NCBI RefSeq assembly: GCF_006345805.1
Contig: NC_043021.1
Coordinates: forward strand, 20,336,001-20,400,000
Reading direction: 5' to 3'
DNA: 64,000 nt
Source: Octopus sinensis
Taxonomy: Eukaryota
Shown: positions 47,601 to 58,429 of the stretch, in pieces
Layout: each line of letters begins with the position of its first letter
Position numbering within the stretch: the first letter of the stretch is position 1
Notes under the pieces: generated by a model
Databases searched by the model: none
What the model was told of the DNA's origin: nothing
What the model saw: the letters and a program-made list of their open reading frames with translations, nothing else
Program-made: the position numbers and the translations under genes

Positions 47601-49911
47601 CCTAATTAGCAGTGGAAGAGGATGTTCTGAAAGTAGAGAAGCTACAAAAAGCATAGAATGGTAAAAATTCAAAGAGCTATTACTTTTGTTGGTAACAAAA
47701 GGTCTCTCTCTCTCTTTCAGAGTAAAAGACAGATTGTGTGATGCTTGTCTATGAACAACAATGCTACAAAGTAGTGAGACATGGGCCCTGAATGCAGAGG
47801 ATATTTAAGGCAGCGAGCTGGCAGAAACGTTAGCACACCAGGCAAAATGCTTAGCGGTATTTTGTCTGCCGATATGTTCTGAGTTCAAATTCCGCCGAGG
47901 TCAACTTTGCCTCTCATCCTTTCGGAGTCAATAAATTAAGTACCAGTTGCGCACTGGGGTCGATGTAATAAATTAAGTACCAGTTATATAACAGATGGGC
48001 TATATACTTATTATTCCAGTCAAACACTAATTGCTTTTGGGCACTGTACGTACTGAGAAGAACTGGTAGATGGACATTGTGTGAGAGGCTGTCATATATA
48101 TATGTGTGTGTGTGTGTGCGCATATGTGCATGCATACGAATGTTTATGTTCCATATTTTCATATGAAACTGTTTGAACAAAAATGGTGAGACTATGCTGA
48201 CATTCCTTGCAGCCCTTGCTAGCATGGAAAAAAATGGACCAGCCTCATAGAGGGAATTCAAATTGACAACAGCATGGTAGATAAGGCAATCAAAAGCATA
48301 AGGGAAGGGAAAGCTGCAGATCCAGCAAGGATAACTGTAGAGATGCTCAAAATATCTGGTGAGGTAGGTTACTGGATTACCACCTAGATAAGTCAAGTTA
48401 TGCAAGAAGCAATCATACTCAATGACTGGTGTAGCAGTATCATTGTGAACTGCTACAAAGGCAAAGGAAATGCCTCAAAGAGAAGCAGTTACATCATCGT
48501 TTAACATATGTTCTCCATGCTAGCATGGGTTGGACGGTTCGACCGGGGTCTGGGAAGCCAGAAGGCTGCACCAGGCTCCAGTCTAATCTGGCAGTATTTC
48601 TACAGCTGGATGCCCTTCCTAATGCCAACCACTCCGTGAGTGTAGTGCGTGCTTTTTACGTGCCAGGCGAGGTTGGCAACAGCCATGATCGGATTGGTGC
48701 TTTTTACGTGCCACCGGCACGGAAGCCAGTCAAGGCGGCGCTGGCATCGGCCACATTTGGATGGTGCTTTTTATGTGCCACCGGCACAGAGCAATCAAAT
48801 TACTAGATCAGGTTATAACAGTCAGAGAGAGAAAGAGAGAGAGTTACAGCACGAGTGATTCACGACAAGGTAGACCTAGATGAGGTGTAGTGTGGTTTTA
48901 TGTTTGGAAGAGGTACCACAAATGCAAACTTCCTAGTGAGGTAGGAGAAATATTTAGCCTAGAGCAAACCATTATTCCTGTCTTTCATTGACCTGAAGAA
49001 GGTGTCTGACAAGGTACCATACACAGTAATCTGGTGGTCACTAAGAAAACAAGGTGTTGATGAATGGCTTGTGAGAGCTGTACAAGCCATGTACAAAGAT
49101 GCAGTAAGTAATGTGAGAGTCAACAACGAGTGAAGAATTTAGCCTGAGGGTTAGAGTTCATTAAGGCTCAGTCTTCAATCCCCTCCTATTCATTACAGTC
49201 CTTCTGGCCATCACAGAAGTTTAAGACTGGTTATCCATGGAAACTTCTATACGCTGGTGATCTAGTACTTAGAGCTGATTCTACAGGAGAATTAGAGAAG
49301 AAATTCAAGGCATGGAAGCTAAACCTTGAATCGAGAGGTCTTAAGGTCGATGTAATCGACTTAATCCCTTCGTCTATCCTTGTTTGTCCCCTCTATGTTT
49401 AGCCCCCTGTGGGTAATAAAAAAAATATATAGTTACAGACATTTTAGTAAGCCCCTCTGAAATCCTGATTATATTGAAAATTAATCAAATCATGAAGGAG
49501 CCATCTACTTGTTAGAAATAATTAACATGAAAGAACTAATTACTAAATAATAAGCAAAATAGAATACATTACTGCATTAATTTAACAATTGGACAAAAAA
49601 AAAACAAATAAAGAAAATATAAATTATACAAACCATTCCATCTAGGGTCTTCAGTTAAAGCCCTTTCTTTTTCTAAACTGCTCGATGTTACTGTTTGTAA
49701 AGTTTTCTCAGTAGTGTCCATCATTTGGAGTTCCCTAATGTCATATACTGGTGGCCTCAGGTCATGAGCTCCATGAGCAAATGCACAATGTGGGCCATTC
49801 TTGACACAATGGCCTTTGGAATCTGTTTCATATATACAGGTCCCTGTTTTGTAATACCTTAAATGATACCTTCTCTCTGTATCTCCTGCAGTCCGATGTA
49901 AAAAGGGACAC
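3446..49911 (-). CDS. unk: Unkempt-family CCCH zinc-finger RNA-binding protein, partial spliced CDS: join of 11 exons, 1741 nt, ~580 aa; both ends outside the window
   Basis: Hand-translated exons join in frame with GT-AG boundaries. Peptides such as [63 protein letters not shown] and [19 protein letters not shown] match the Unkempt sequence I recall from human UNK. Confidence 0.96.
6125..6312 (-). CDS. unk: unkempt exon (188 nt, phase 1 to 0): [63 protein letters not shown]
   Basis: Acceptor (ct)n-ttgtttcag, donor gtaaaa; SVPVSIP corresponds to UNK SAPVNIP; open frame. Confidence 0.9.
7786..8675 (+). mobile_element. Decayed mariner element (~890 bp, frameshifted transposase pseudogene)
   Basis: Inverted termini CATCCCATAAATAATG / CATTATTTATGGGATGACCCAA-TA. 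Fragments translate to the HTH region (NKGNN..ESTRNIN.V.GD....QCQQWFQKF), DNVHPH and AHFDYHLF. Confidence 0.85.
9043..9455. mobile_element. Non-autonomous DNA transposon with GGATC termini and an 8-bp TSD (Merlin-like MITE)
   Basis: TIR GGATCTTTTC.G.TTGAACGGCA; flanks GCCATCCA / GTCATCCA (7/8 match). Confidence 0.7.
13573..13802. mobile_element. Second TTAA MITE family (~225 bp, CCCTTTAG termini); further copies at about 18215-18640, 51805-52030, 52258-52500, 57110-57335 and 60970-61195
   Basis: TTAACCCTTTAGC ... GCTAAAGGGTTAA or ACTAAAGGGTTAA termini with a shared internal sequence; piggyBac type inferred from TTAA plus CCC ends. Boundaries approximate. Confidence 0.8.
14185..14304 (-). CDS. 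unk: unkempt exon (120 nt, phase 1 to 1): [40 protein letters not shown]
   Basis: Acceptor tctatatttag, donor gtaact; SALDDL conserved with UNK. Confidence 0.95.
15892..16102 (-). CDS. unk: unkempt exon (211 nt, phase 0 to 1): [28 protein letters not shown]...[20 protein letters not shown], including a PAM2-like motif
   Basis: Acceptor tttttttctag, donor gtaagt; [19 protein letters not shown] aligns with human MNANALPFYPTSDTVESVI (recalled). Confidence 0.95.
18752..18907 (-). CDS. unk: unkempt exon (156 nt, phase 0 to 0): [52 protein letters not shown]
   Basis: Acceptor cccattttctag, donor gtgagt; 52 codons; the end (REEGQ) resembles the EREDQ segment of vertebrate UNK. Confidence 0.88.
19670..20233 (-). 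mobile_element. Mariner non-autonomous deletion derivative (564 bp) carrying the transposase C-terminus
   Basis: Perfect 30-bp TIR TTGGGTTGTCCGGAAAGTTCGTGCCGATTT with TA on both sides. ORF 19741..20013 contains [25 protein letters not shown] (YSPDLAPxD motif). Inserted inside an RTE-tailed repeat. Confidence 0.93.
20435..21033. mobile_element. Foldback MITE of the same Merlin-like family, with internal CCCTAA/TTAGGG motifs
   Basis: Termini GGACCTTTTCCTTTTGAACGGCA / TGCCATTCAAAAGGAAAAGATCC; flanks CCCCCTCA / CACCCTCA (7/8); long internal inverted arms (~20600-20680 vs ~20760-20840). Confidence 0.72.
21086..21172 (-). CDS. unk: unkempt exon (87 nt, phase 0 to 0): [29 protein letters not shown]
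   Basis: Acceptor attattttgcag, donor gtaagt; 29 codons, no stop. Confidence 0.85.
23269..23340 (-). tRNA. tRNA-His (anticodon GUG), 72 nt, intronic, same strand as unk
   Basis: Minus strand reads GCCGTGATCGTCTAGTGGTTAGGACCCCACGTTGTGGCCGTAGTAACCCAGGTTCGAATCCTGGTCACGGCA. It has a 7-bp acceptor stem, A and B boxes, a GTG anticodon, discriminator A and no CCA. There is one C:A mismatch in the anticodon stem. Confidence 0.92.
24185..24321 (-). CDS. unk: unkempt exon (137 nt, phase 1 to 0): disordered region; [46 protein letters not shown]
   Basis: Acceptor tttttgtttttacag, donor gtaaac; phase fits; open frame within ORF 24026..24316. Homology here is weak, so the call rests on splice signals and phase. 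Confidence 0.85.
24458..25022. mobile_element. piggyBac MITE of the 32134 family, split by an RTE-tailed repeat inserted at ~24620-24962
   Basis: The two halves rejoin to the reverse complement of 32134-32343; ends TTAACCCTTTTG and GAAAGGGTTAA. Coordinates approximate. Confidence 0.75.
25640..26252 (+). mobile_element. Repeat family D: RTE-type 3' tail ending (GAT)n with an internal 63-bp minisatellite. Other copies at about 2118-2400, 4425-4800, 10232-10595, 12520-12685, 16578-16880, 22850-23110, 24620-24962, 34468-34860, 41370-41690, 48493-48800 and 58620-58830
   Basis: Shared GGAAGGGCATCCAGCTGTAGAAAC...GACGTTAAACGATGATGATG 3' end; no tRNA head seen, so this is a SINE or a 5'-truncated LINE 3' UTR. 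Confidence 0.8.
27598..27682 (-). CDS. unk: unkempt exon (85 nt, phase 0 to 1): ZnF6; [28 protein letters not shown]
   Basis: Acceptor ttctgttgcag, donor gtaagt; lies within ORF 27500..27802. Confidence 0.97.
27918..28303 (+). mobile_element. tRNA-derived SINE family B, long-tail form, with an 11-bp TSD; sisters at 2955-3338 (-) and 46804-47186 (-)
   Basis: Head GGAGGCGCAATGGCCCAGTGGTTAGG...GGTTTCGATTCCC; ACTTTTAAGGG at 27905-27915 and 28304-28314. Confidence 0.9.
28340..28710 (+). mobile_element. LINE 3' end (CR1/L2-like) with tail GCATGGCCACAGCTCGTGAGCTGAAACTAGATGAAAT
   Basis: ORF 28373..28636 contains [17 protein letters not shown]....[18 protein letters not shown], a typical ORF2 C-terminus. 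Confidence 0.8.
28715..29188. mobile_element. Truncated foldback element related to 9043 and 20435; ~189-bp inverted arms (28749-28937 / 28998-29186)
   Basis: Arms align by eye at over 90% identity; TTAGGG-like loop; shares CTGGTAGAATGTGT..ATAAAACAT with the other copies. Confidence 0.75.
29636..29753 (-). CDS. unk: unkempt exon (118 nt, phase 2 to 0): ZnF5; [39 protein letters not shown]
   Basis: Acceptor tatattgcag, donor gtatgg; hallmark Unkempt [11 protein letters not shown]. Confidence 0.97.
31395..31880 (-). mobile_element. CR1/L2-clade LINE 3' end
   Basis: ORF 31545..31961 contains [19 protein letters not shown]...TRGH.YK...[16 protein letters not shown]; (ATT)n tail. Confidence 0.85.
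32134..32343. mobile_element. piggyBac MITE (210 bp), complete
   Basis: TTAA-CCCTTTCGTTAC ... GTAACGAAAGGG-TTAA; same TIR as 35826-36897. Confidence 0.88.
33808..33943 (-). CDS. unk: unkempt exon (136 nt, phase 1 to 2): ZnF4; [46 protein letters not shown]
   Basis: Acceptor ctacatttcag, donor gtaagt; CCCH spacing; phase matches both neighbours. Confidence 0.97.
35125..35573 (+). mobile_element. 5'-truncated RTE-clade LINE with a 13-bp TSD
   Basis: ATATCCACTTAAA at 35112-35124 and 35574-35586; ORF 35218..35505 contains [31 protein letters not shown]; tail (CAAGGTGAT)2. Confidence 0.9.
35826..36897 (-). mobile_element. piggyBac-family internally deleted DNA transposon (1072 bp) retaining the transposase N-terminus
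   Basis: TTAA on both sides (35822-25, 36898-901); 12-bp TIR CCCTTTCGTTAC. ORF 36116..36628 has an acidic N-terminus followed by GP..YFYLLF..LI..TN.FA..PTT..EIKAYF.I.I.MGI.KLP, typical of PGBD4-like transposases. Confidence 0.9.
37930..38350 (+). mobile_element. CR1/L2-clade LINE 3' end with the reading frame still open and a (TAAC)n tail
   Basis: [24 protein letters not shown]...RGHSEKL...[17 protein letters not shown] in ORF 37914..38267. Confidence 0.88.
41810..41966. repeat. Perfect 51-bp inverted repeat (41810-41860 / 41916-41966) flanked by TA tracts; probable small MITE
   Basis: CCAATTAAGGACTGAACACGAAAAGTGGACAGTCAACATGCTAGATATAGA and its exact reverse complement. Confidence 0.85.
42140..44095 (+). 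mobile_element. Helitron-like non-autonomous fragments (tandem or nested); related pieces at ~45420-45610 and ~60927-61855
   Basis: Starts with ACTAGC..TACC..GCTTTGCCC. Repeated ends of the AAATTT.ATGAAATCGGTTG..TAGTTCTTGAG..CACAC..TCTTTATATATATAGAT type recall Lep1-like helitron ends. The classification is inference. Confidence 0.4.
44095..44285. repeat. Compound TA/TG microsatellite with (TATATACATG)-type units; further (TA)n/(CA)n tracts at about 2050-2118, 2401-2438, 41967-42010 and 44608-44686
   Basis: Directly visible simple repeats. Confidence 0.9.
44300..44608 (+). mobile_element. RTE (BovB-like) LINE 3' end
   Basis: ORF 44303..44536 ends [23 protein letters not shown], the C-terminal Cys/His motif of RTE ORF2. 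Confidence 0.8.
45611..45916 (+). mobile_element. SINE family B, alternative-tail form; sister at ~7105-7405
   Basis: Same ~175-nt 5' part as 27918, then a different 3' half ending GGTCGGTCACGGTGA; both copies sit in (TA)n. Confidence 0.88.
49634..49911 (-). CDS. unk: unkempt exon (278 nt, phase 2 to 1): end of ZnF2, ZnF3, linker; [62 protein letters not shown]...EDPRWN
   Basis: Acceptor tttttgtttctag at 49912, donor gtttgt at 49633; open frame; near-identical to Unkempt ZnF3. Confidence 0.96.
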
Positions 49912-52633
49912 CTAGAAACAAAAAGAAAGAAGCAAAAATTACATTATCTTGAAAAATTGTATTTCAAAAGTAGACGCACAAAAGCATATATACACACGTA
50001 TATACACCTGCACAGATGCACACAAACAAGCACACACAACATACAAATACAAACATGCCACCCCTATATATCTATCTATCTATCTATCTGGATACACATA
50101 CATGTATATGTTAGAAACTGATAATGGCAACAAACACTGCTACATGTTATTCTTTTACTGGTTTAAGTCATTTGACTGCAGCCATGCTGGAGCACCACCT
50201 AAAAGGGTTTTAATTGAAGAAATTGACCCCAGGACTTATTCTTTGTAAGCCTAATACTTATTCTATTGGTCTTTTATCAAACTGCTAAGTTATGGGGATG
50301 TAAACACACCAACATCGGTTGTCAGGTGATGGTAGGGGCACAAACACAGATACACATACATATATATACGACAGGCTTCGTTCAGTTTCCATCTACCAAA
50401 TCCACTTACAAGGCTTTGGTCGACCCATGGCTACAGTAGAAGACACTTGCTCAAGTTGCCATGCAATGGGACTGAACCCGGAACCATATAGTTGGGAAGC
50501 AAGCTTCTTACCACACAGCCATGCCTCTGTTAGTGGAACATCACTGAGGCAAGTGATGAAGTTTAGATATTTTCAAGCTATATTCATGAGGGATAGAAAG
50601 CAGGCAGGAGCCTGAATTAGATGACAGAATTACAAGTGCAGGTACAGAAACACACCAGCTCCAGTAATATTTGAAAGATTCATATCATGTGTTGAAAACT
50701 AATCTTTTATAATAGTACAAATATCTTTTAAGGATTTGTCAGTGGTACGTTAATCAGATTGAATTGTTATGTAGTTATTTAGATAATTAAATACTAGCCA
50801 GAAGAGGAAAGACTGATAAAAAAGCCAAACTTACTATCTTCAATTTGGTTTTTGTGCCTATCCTCACCTATGGTCATGAATGCTGGATAATGACCAAAAG
50901 AATATGATTGTGAATATAAGCAGCCAAAATAGGGTTCCTCTGAAGGGTCTCTAGAGTAATGTTACTCAACAAGGTACATAGCTTAGAGATCAAGGAGTCT
51001 CTCCAGGTTGAGTTACTATTTCTCTATATTGGGAAGTCACAGGTCTGGTTCTATGGACATGAGATTAGAACGTCATAGGAAAGAATGCCAGGAGACCTAG
51101 GAGTAGACCAAGAAGGAGATGGTTGGATAACATCCTTAGTCTCAGTTGGTCATACTTGTGAATCCAGCTGTAAAGTGTAATGATGGAGACAGGATCTGAT
51201 AGAGATTGGATCTGAGGACTCTACAGTTACAATGCTCCCAGGAATAAGGCGCTGACAAAAGAAGATGGATGGATGGCTATACAGTCTTTCTTACGTTATG
51301 CCCTCCATCAAGAGATCTTTCAACAACAACCACAGTTAATAATTATTTCAGTTTTGGTACAAATCCAATAATTTTAGGTGGAGGGGTTAATCGATTACAT
51401 TGACACTAGTGCTTAACTGGTACTTCACCGGCCCCAAAAGGATGAAAGACAAAGTCAACCTTGGCAAAATTCGAACTTGGAATGTAAAAAAGCTGAAGAA
51501 ATGCAAGAGCATTTTGTCAAACATAAACTTATTTTGTCAAACATATTAATGGATCTGCCAGCTCTGCCTTATAATCACATTTAAAAATGGTCTCAAATTT
51601 TGGCCAGCAATTTCAGGGAGGTAGGTAAATGAATTTCATCAAACCCAGCGTTCAACTGGCACTTATTTGATTGATCCTGAGGAGATGAAAGGTAAAGTAA
51701 GCCTCAGCAGAATTTGAACTCAGAACGTAAAAACAGATGAAATGCTGCTAAACATTTTGCCTGGCGTGCTAACGATTCTACCAGCATGCCACCTTAATCA
51801 CATTTAACCCTTTAGCGTTCAGATTATTCCATCAAACATAATGCCTATTGATTCCCATTGATTTGAATTAATCATGCATTATCTCATATCTTCAAGATCT
51901 TGATGGTGTAATTACTTAATGTAGAATAACATTGTAGGGTAGGTGTGAGAGCCTGGATCTGGTCAGTTTGAACATAAAACAGATTAAATATTTTGGCTGG
52001 ATATGGCCGGTTTAAATACTAAAGGGTTAATAATGTAATACAACTGACATCATTTGTGCCGTAACACAACTAACACTGTTGATGATCTCTGCAATACATG
52101 CATCATACAACTAAAAGTACCTTTTACTATTTAGCTACATAAGTGAGGCTCAAACCCAGAATCTTGAGAAAATGAAGCCCCAGTCAGTCATATTACTGAT
52201 CCATATGGTGAGTCATATCCCTTTGTAGTGCTTATTTACTGCTGGGGGTATTAGGTATTAACCCTTTAACACATAAACCAGCCATATCCAGTCAAAATAT
52301 TCTATTCGCTTTTTGTTCAAACTAGCCAGATGTCAGCTCCCACACCAATCCTACAATATCATTCTAAAGATTTATCAGTTACCTCATTAAAATCTCATTA
52401 AAATACAAGATAATGCATGTTGATGGCATGATTAATTCAAAACAATGTGAATAAATAAGCATTACTTTTGACAGAATAATGTGAATGCTAAAGGATTGAA
52501 CCCTTTTGTTACAAACCCACCTAAGATCACCCTTGATTCAACAAAATTAACTTCCTGCTTTAAAATTATCTAAAGTAAAACCTTCCATCAATATTTCCTG
52601 TAAATTTATAATGAATACATATTTTACTAAATT

Positions 52634-52852
52634 TGAAGGTGGCGAGCTGGCAGAAACGTTAGCACGTTGGGCGAAATGCGTAGCCGTATTTCGTCTGCTG
52701 TTACGTTCTGAGTTCAAATTCCACCGAGGTCGACTTTGCCTTTCATCCTTTCGGGGTCGATAAATTAAGTACCAGCTACGCACTGGGGTCGATGTAATCG
52801 ACTTAATCCGTTTGTCTGTCCTCTGTATTTAGCCCCTTGTGGGTAGTAAAGA
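52634..52852 (+). mobile_element. tRNA-derived SINE family C (GGCGGCGAGCTGGCAGAAACG head) with a 20-bp TSD. Other copies at about 6511-6744 (-, 17-bp TSD), 11058-11481 (-, dimer), 21327-21548, 33540-33780, 40070-41190 (cluster) and 47808-47970
   Basis: AATACATATTTTACTAAATT at 52614-52633 and 52853-52872; TTGGAGGGACCA(A/G)TACC at 6494-6510 and 6745-6761. Confidence 0.9.
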
Positions 52853-55800
52853 AATACATATTTTACTAAATTCTTCATTATTTTCAAATTTAATTCTAAG
52901 ACAGAGAATTTCAACAGAAATACGACAACAAAAGAGTTAGGGGCTAAGTATCTGTCTGTGGTGGGAACAGAGTATATAGTAAGGGCCGAGGTATATAACA
53001 CTGAACCTCCAACATATAGACAGGCTGTTTGTTCCAATAAGTGATGGATAAGAGAATGCATTTTTTTGATAGTGTTTGTTTTCGTTTTGATTTGTTTGTT
53101 ATCAACTAAGACACGATGGAGGTCCAAGCATGACTGCAATCAAACATCTAAAAACCTTGTAAAAGAATATTCGAATGGAGAGTGGGGTGGGGTGGGGCGG
53201 GGTGGGGCGGGGGGTTGCATTACAGTGTTAAGGGAAAGAAGAAATTAAAACAGAAGTGGAGCGAGAGGGGAAAACAGAATTTGAATAAAAAACGAACGAA
53301 GCACTAATGATGGAGAGAGAGAGAGAGGAAGGAGGGGGGAGAGACTGGAGGGTGAAGAGTGATGGGACTACTGAATGAAATGATTTGAGCCAAAGAATTT
53401 AATATCATTCAGATGGTTTTAACATCAATAAATCTATTTGGCCATATCTAGCACCACAGTGAAAAAAGTAGAAGAGTAGAAGCGTAAAAGAGATTGGGTT
53501 GGATTGCTGATGAAAATAGTTTAAGTAATAAAAAAAAATTAGATTACTCATTTTCCAGCAGATAACTGTGAAAAATAGCATTCAAACCACTCTCTCATAT
53601 CACATCATATTGTCTTAAATAAAGCAAGGAAAACTAATAATATAGTTGTAAACTATCCCTGAAAAGATGAGAGTCATGGTTGGAGCAACTTTGATCACTA
53701 GTTGGCCTGAGGCTAAACAACAACAATCTCACGCAATCTGATGATCTAATTGTTTATGTTGAGGATGACATTGTAGGGTAAGTGTGAGAGGCAGGATCTG
53801 GTTCGATATCAACATAAAATAGGTAGAGTATTCTGACCTGATATGGCTGGTTTAAATGCTAAAGGGTTAAAGATATACATACACAGGCAACCGCATGGAA
53901 CCATGGGTAAGTGCCTTCTACTACAGCCCAGCCCAAAACTGAATAAAACCTTGTGAGAGGATTTGGTAGGAGCAGATAGAAGCCTGTTGTGAGTGTGTGT
54001 TACCATTATACAACCAATGTCTGGTCATGGAGCAATATTACCTTGCTTAGAAACAGTTGAGGGTTAGTGACAGGAAGGGCATCTTGCTGTAGAATATCTG
54101 CCTCAACAAACTCCATCCAACCCATGCTGGCATGGAAAAGTGGATGTTAAAACGACGACAACGACGAATTACAGCTAACCCTTTCAAAAACTTCAGCTAT
54201 TAGTAACCACCAAAGGAGCCTTTAAATTGTAAATTGATCAGACAGAAACAGCAACCAAATTCCCTTAAATCACATCTAAAAACACAAATGAAATAGTAGA
54301 CAGGTGAATGAAGAGAGAGAGGGGGGGGGAGATGGTGTTGGGTAAGAGAAAAGGATAAACAGCATGATGGTCATGATTGGAACGCCCTTGATCATGATCA
54401 TAAGAATGCTTGCTCAATCAAGGCTGACATGAGATTTATAATAAATAACTGCTTATAATATTAACTGCTGTTAGTACTACAACTGCTGCTGTGTATGTTT
54501 GTCCTAATTATTGATACTGTTTAATTGCTGTCAATGAGCTAACTCCTTCAAGTCCAAAGTTGCTAATGATATAACAACCGCTGCATATAACTTACTTCTG
54601 TCAAGTTGACAGTGTGAGTTATGTTTAACCACAGGATTACAATTTAAGAGTTAGACCACCTGGTTGAACTACATTTACACACAGCAGGCAAGTAGTGGAT
54701 GCACGCTATAAATCTGCTCAATCTGCTAGAAATAGAAACCAAATCTCCCTCAAAACATATCACCCAACTGTCTTTGAAAAAAGGACACACTGAATGTAGT
54801 TCTGTATCCATTATATTTGAAGTGGACACTGACATGGATGAGTGGTTAAGATGTTTGTTTTACAATCATGAGGCCCCAAGTTTGATCCCACAAAGTAACA
54901 TCAAGGGTAAATGTCTATAGCATAGCCATAGGCCAACCAAAGCCTTGCAGGTGAAATTGCTTGGACAGAAACTGTATGGATTGTATTTGTGATTTAAGGA
55001 TCCATCATTGTCACATGCTATTATGCTGATTCAGTTTGGAATTTACATTAATCCTTTAGCATTCAAACCAGTGGTTCTCAGCCATTTTCTCTATAGACCC
55101 CATTGATTCCTATTTTACTTGATTGGACCCCCATAGCTGTTGAATGTTTAAAAAAAAATCCTATGTTATTTCATAATTAAATATTATTATTATGGAGATG
55201 TACTTGCATAGCAAGTGACCTGATCTGAGATCATGTGCTGGAACGAAAACAATTGCAGCGTGAAAGGTGTTTATAAGCCATTTAAGAAACACGCAAAAAC
55301 CTTTGACAGAGTAATCTGAATGCTTGAGAGCTAAGGGTAACATGACAGTGGAATACTCAACCACTTAAGGATAAATTTAACGACTGGCTGTTCATTTGAT
55401 CTAACAATTGAATATTCATCATATCGGACATAATGGTCATGGCTGGAATGCATTTGATCATAGGTTTACTTAATCAGGAACAGATCTGGAACCAAACTAC
55501 ATCTTTGCTATTTAGATTAATTAAAATAATTTTTAATCGAGGCACAAAGCTATAGATTTTGGAGTGTCGATTAAACTGACCTTAATATATTACAGATAGT
55601 TATTTTACCAACCCTGAAGGTGGATGAAAGACAAAGTTGACTTCTATGCAGTTTGAACAAAGAATTCTTTTATTCTTTTACACGTTTCAGTCATTGACTA
55701 CGATCATGCTGGTTTCTTAGTTGAAGAAATCAACCCCTGGACTTATTCTTTGCAAGCCTAGTACTTATTTTATCAGTCACTTTGCTAAATACCACTAAGT

Positions 55801-58429
55801 TACAGGGACATAAACACACCATCATCGGTTGTCAAGCGATGGTGGGGAGGACAAACACAGTCACAAAGACACACACACACACACATATACGACAGGCTTC
55901 TTTCAGTTTCTGTCTACCATATCCACTCACAAGGCTTTGATCAGCCTGAGGCTATAGTAGAAGACACTTGCCCAAGCTGCCACGCAGTGGGACTGAACCC
56001 AGAACCATGCGTTGGGAAGCAAGCTTATTATCACACAGCCATGCCTGTGCCTATGTAAACACAAGGTATTTTGCCTGTCTCTGTCTGAAGATTCTGCCAT
56101 CCACTCCCCAGTAATAAGCATAATAAATGATAATAAAGAACAGAGTAACAAACTTAAGAGGCATATTTTTTTATCATTTACTTGTTTTAGTCATTAAACT
56201 GTGGCCATGCTGGGGTACCATACTGGAGAATTTTAGCCAAACGAATCCACCCAAATGCTTTGTGTGCCTTGGGTATGTGTTGTGGTTTGTCATGATGATC
56301 TTATTGTTACTGTATTGAAAGTGTTTTACATAGGATGTGTGCGGTGCTCAGTAGTGCGATTTTCTGTATGTTATATATATTTGTAAGTCCTGGTGTTTTT
56401 GTTATAACACCAGACAAAAAATGTTAGCAGCATTTCATCCATCTCTATGTTCCGAGTTAAAATTCCACCATGTCTGACTTTGTCTTTCAGAGTCGATAAA
56501 ATAAGTACTAGTCATGCACTGGGGGTGATGTAATTAACCAGCTCCCTTGCACCAAAAATTTCAGGCCTTCTGCCACAAGTAGAAAAGGTTATTGTTATTA
56601 TTATTATTATTCACAATTATACACCTCTTAACTAAATGTTTTTTTTTTCTCTCTCCACATTCTTGATATATTTATTTCTTTATAATCTAGTCTTGAAATG
56701 TAATTTACTGAAACTAAATTCTTGACCTTTAAGGTTAGCAGTTCAGCATCTTAGCTTCACTGGCCACTGTCTGACTAGCTGTCTGCTTTTCCATTGGGAA
56801 GCATTTCTCGTTGTGATTGAGTTATATAAATAAGAAGTTTCCCCCTCTCCTAAACAGGTCTATCAAGTCACCTATTCACGTCTTCAGTCACGTTTATATG
56901 TGTATTTGGCAAAAGCTGGCAAAGGTCACAGAAGAGACACAACCTTCCCCTATATAATTGCTCTAATTTCTCCTGTTAGCATTTAAGAGGCTATATTCTT
57001 AAAAGTATTAAAATCCAGACTATGAAGAAAAGGAAACTCGAGTGATGGCCTGCATCAGCAACAATCAGCCCATAACAGATTTCGATAGGTTGGAGGACCC
57101 TTAACCACTAACCCTTTAGTGTTCAGATTATTCAATCAAGCATAATGCCTATTGATTCCCATTTATTTGAATTAATCATGTATTATCCCATATCTTCAAG
57201 GGCTTGATGGTGTAATTACTTAATGCAGAATAACATTGTAGGGTAGGTGTGAGAGCCTGGATCCGGTCAGTTTGAACATAAAACAGATTAACTACTTTGG
57301 CCAGATATGGCCGGTTTAAATACTAAAGGGTTAAATCTTTCATCTCCCATGACAACTGAACTGATGACAAAGGCATTCAGATGAACAGAGTGGTGATGTA
57401 ACAGTCACTACTACTGACAACAACAAGCTAGAATAAAGAAAAATAATTAAATACAGAATTTCCTGTTTGGCTTATTAAGGGAGGAAGGAGAGTAGCCATG
57501 ACATTTTCAGGCTCATTGAGATCAACATGGTTGATGGTCATCTTGAATTTATTTGTGTCAACACTGACCTAGACTAGGTTGAGCTACCTCCAGCAAGTAA
57601 ATTTGCAGTGGCTGTGTGGTTAAGAAGCTTGCTTCACAGCCAAGTGCTCTTGGGCATCTTAGACAAGTGTCTTCTACTATAGCTCTGAGCCAACTGGTGC
57701 CTTGCAAATGAATTCATGCAACTGAAACTGTATGGAAGCCCATCGTGAATATACAAACAGACTGACATATATATCTCCTTTCTACAATAACCACAAGGCT
57801 TGAAATTTGGCAGAAGAGGTGGCTAGTCGGTTATAGTGATCCCAGTGGTAAACTGTACATATTTTACCAAATCCGAAAGGATGAAAAGTCAAAGTTGACC
57901 TCGGCAGAATTTGAACTCAGAATATAAAGCCAGAAGACTATATGTGTGTGTGTGTGTGTGCGCTTGTCAAGCCACCATGATCATAACCATTAGTTGACAA
58001 CAGGTGCTGGTTTGTTTACATGCCGGTAATTTAGTGGCTTGGCAAAAGAGACTAATAGAATAAGTATCAGACTTTAGAAAGAAAAACACATAAGTATTGG
58101 GGTTGATTTGTTTGACTTAAATACTTTGAGGCAGTGCCCCAGCATGGCCACGTTCCAATGACTAAAACAAGTATAAGATAAAAGAAAGTTAAGTTGTCAA
58201 CCCTTGACAGAAACATCACAGTTTCCAGTGACAGCTTATGTACAGCATAATCCTTTGATTATTATAAACAAAATCATTTGTGCAGATTGTTCAGCAAGAA
58301 CTTACAGAACTCTCACTCATCATCTATGACAAGAGAGTCCAACCTGGTGGGAGTTAAGACAAACTTAGCAGCTATTTCAAATAGGTAGATGTCCATGCAG
58401 AGGCTGACAGTTGTTCTGTTTGCATACTC

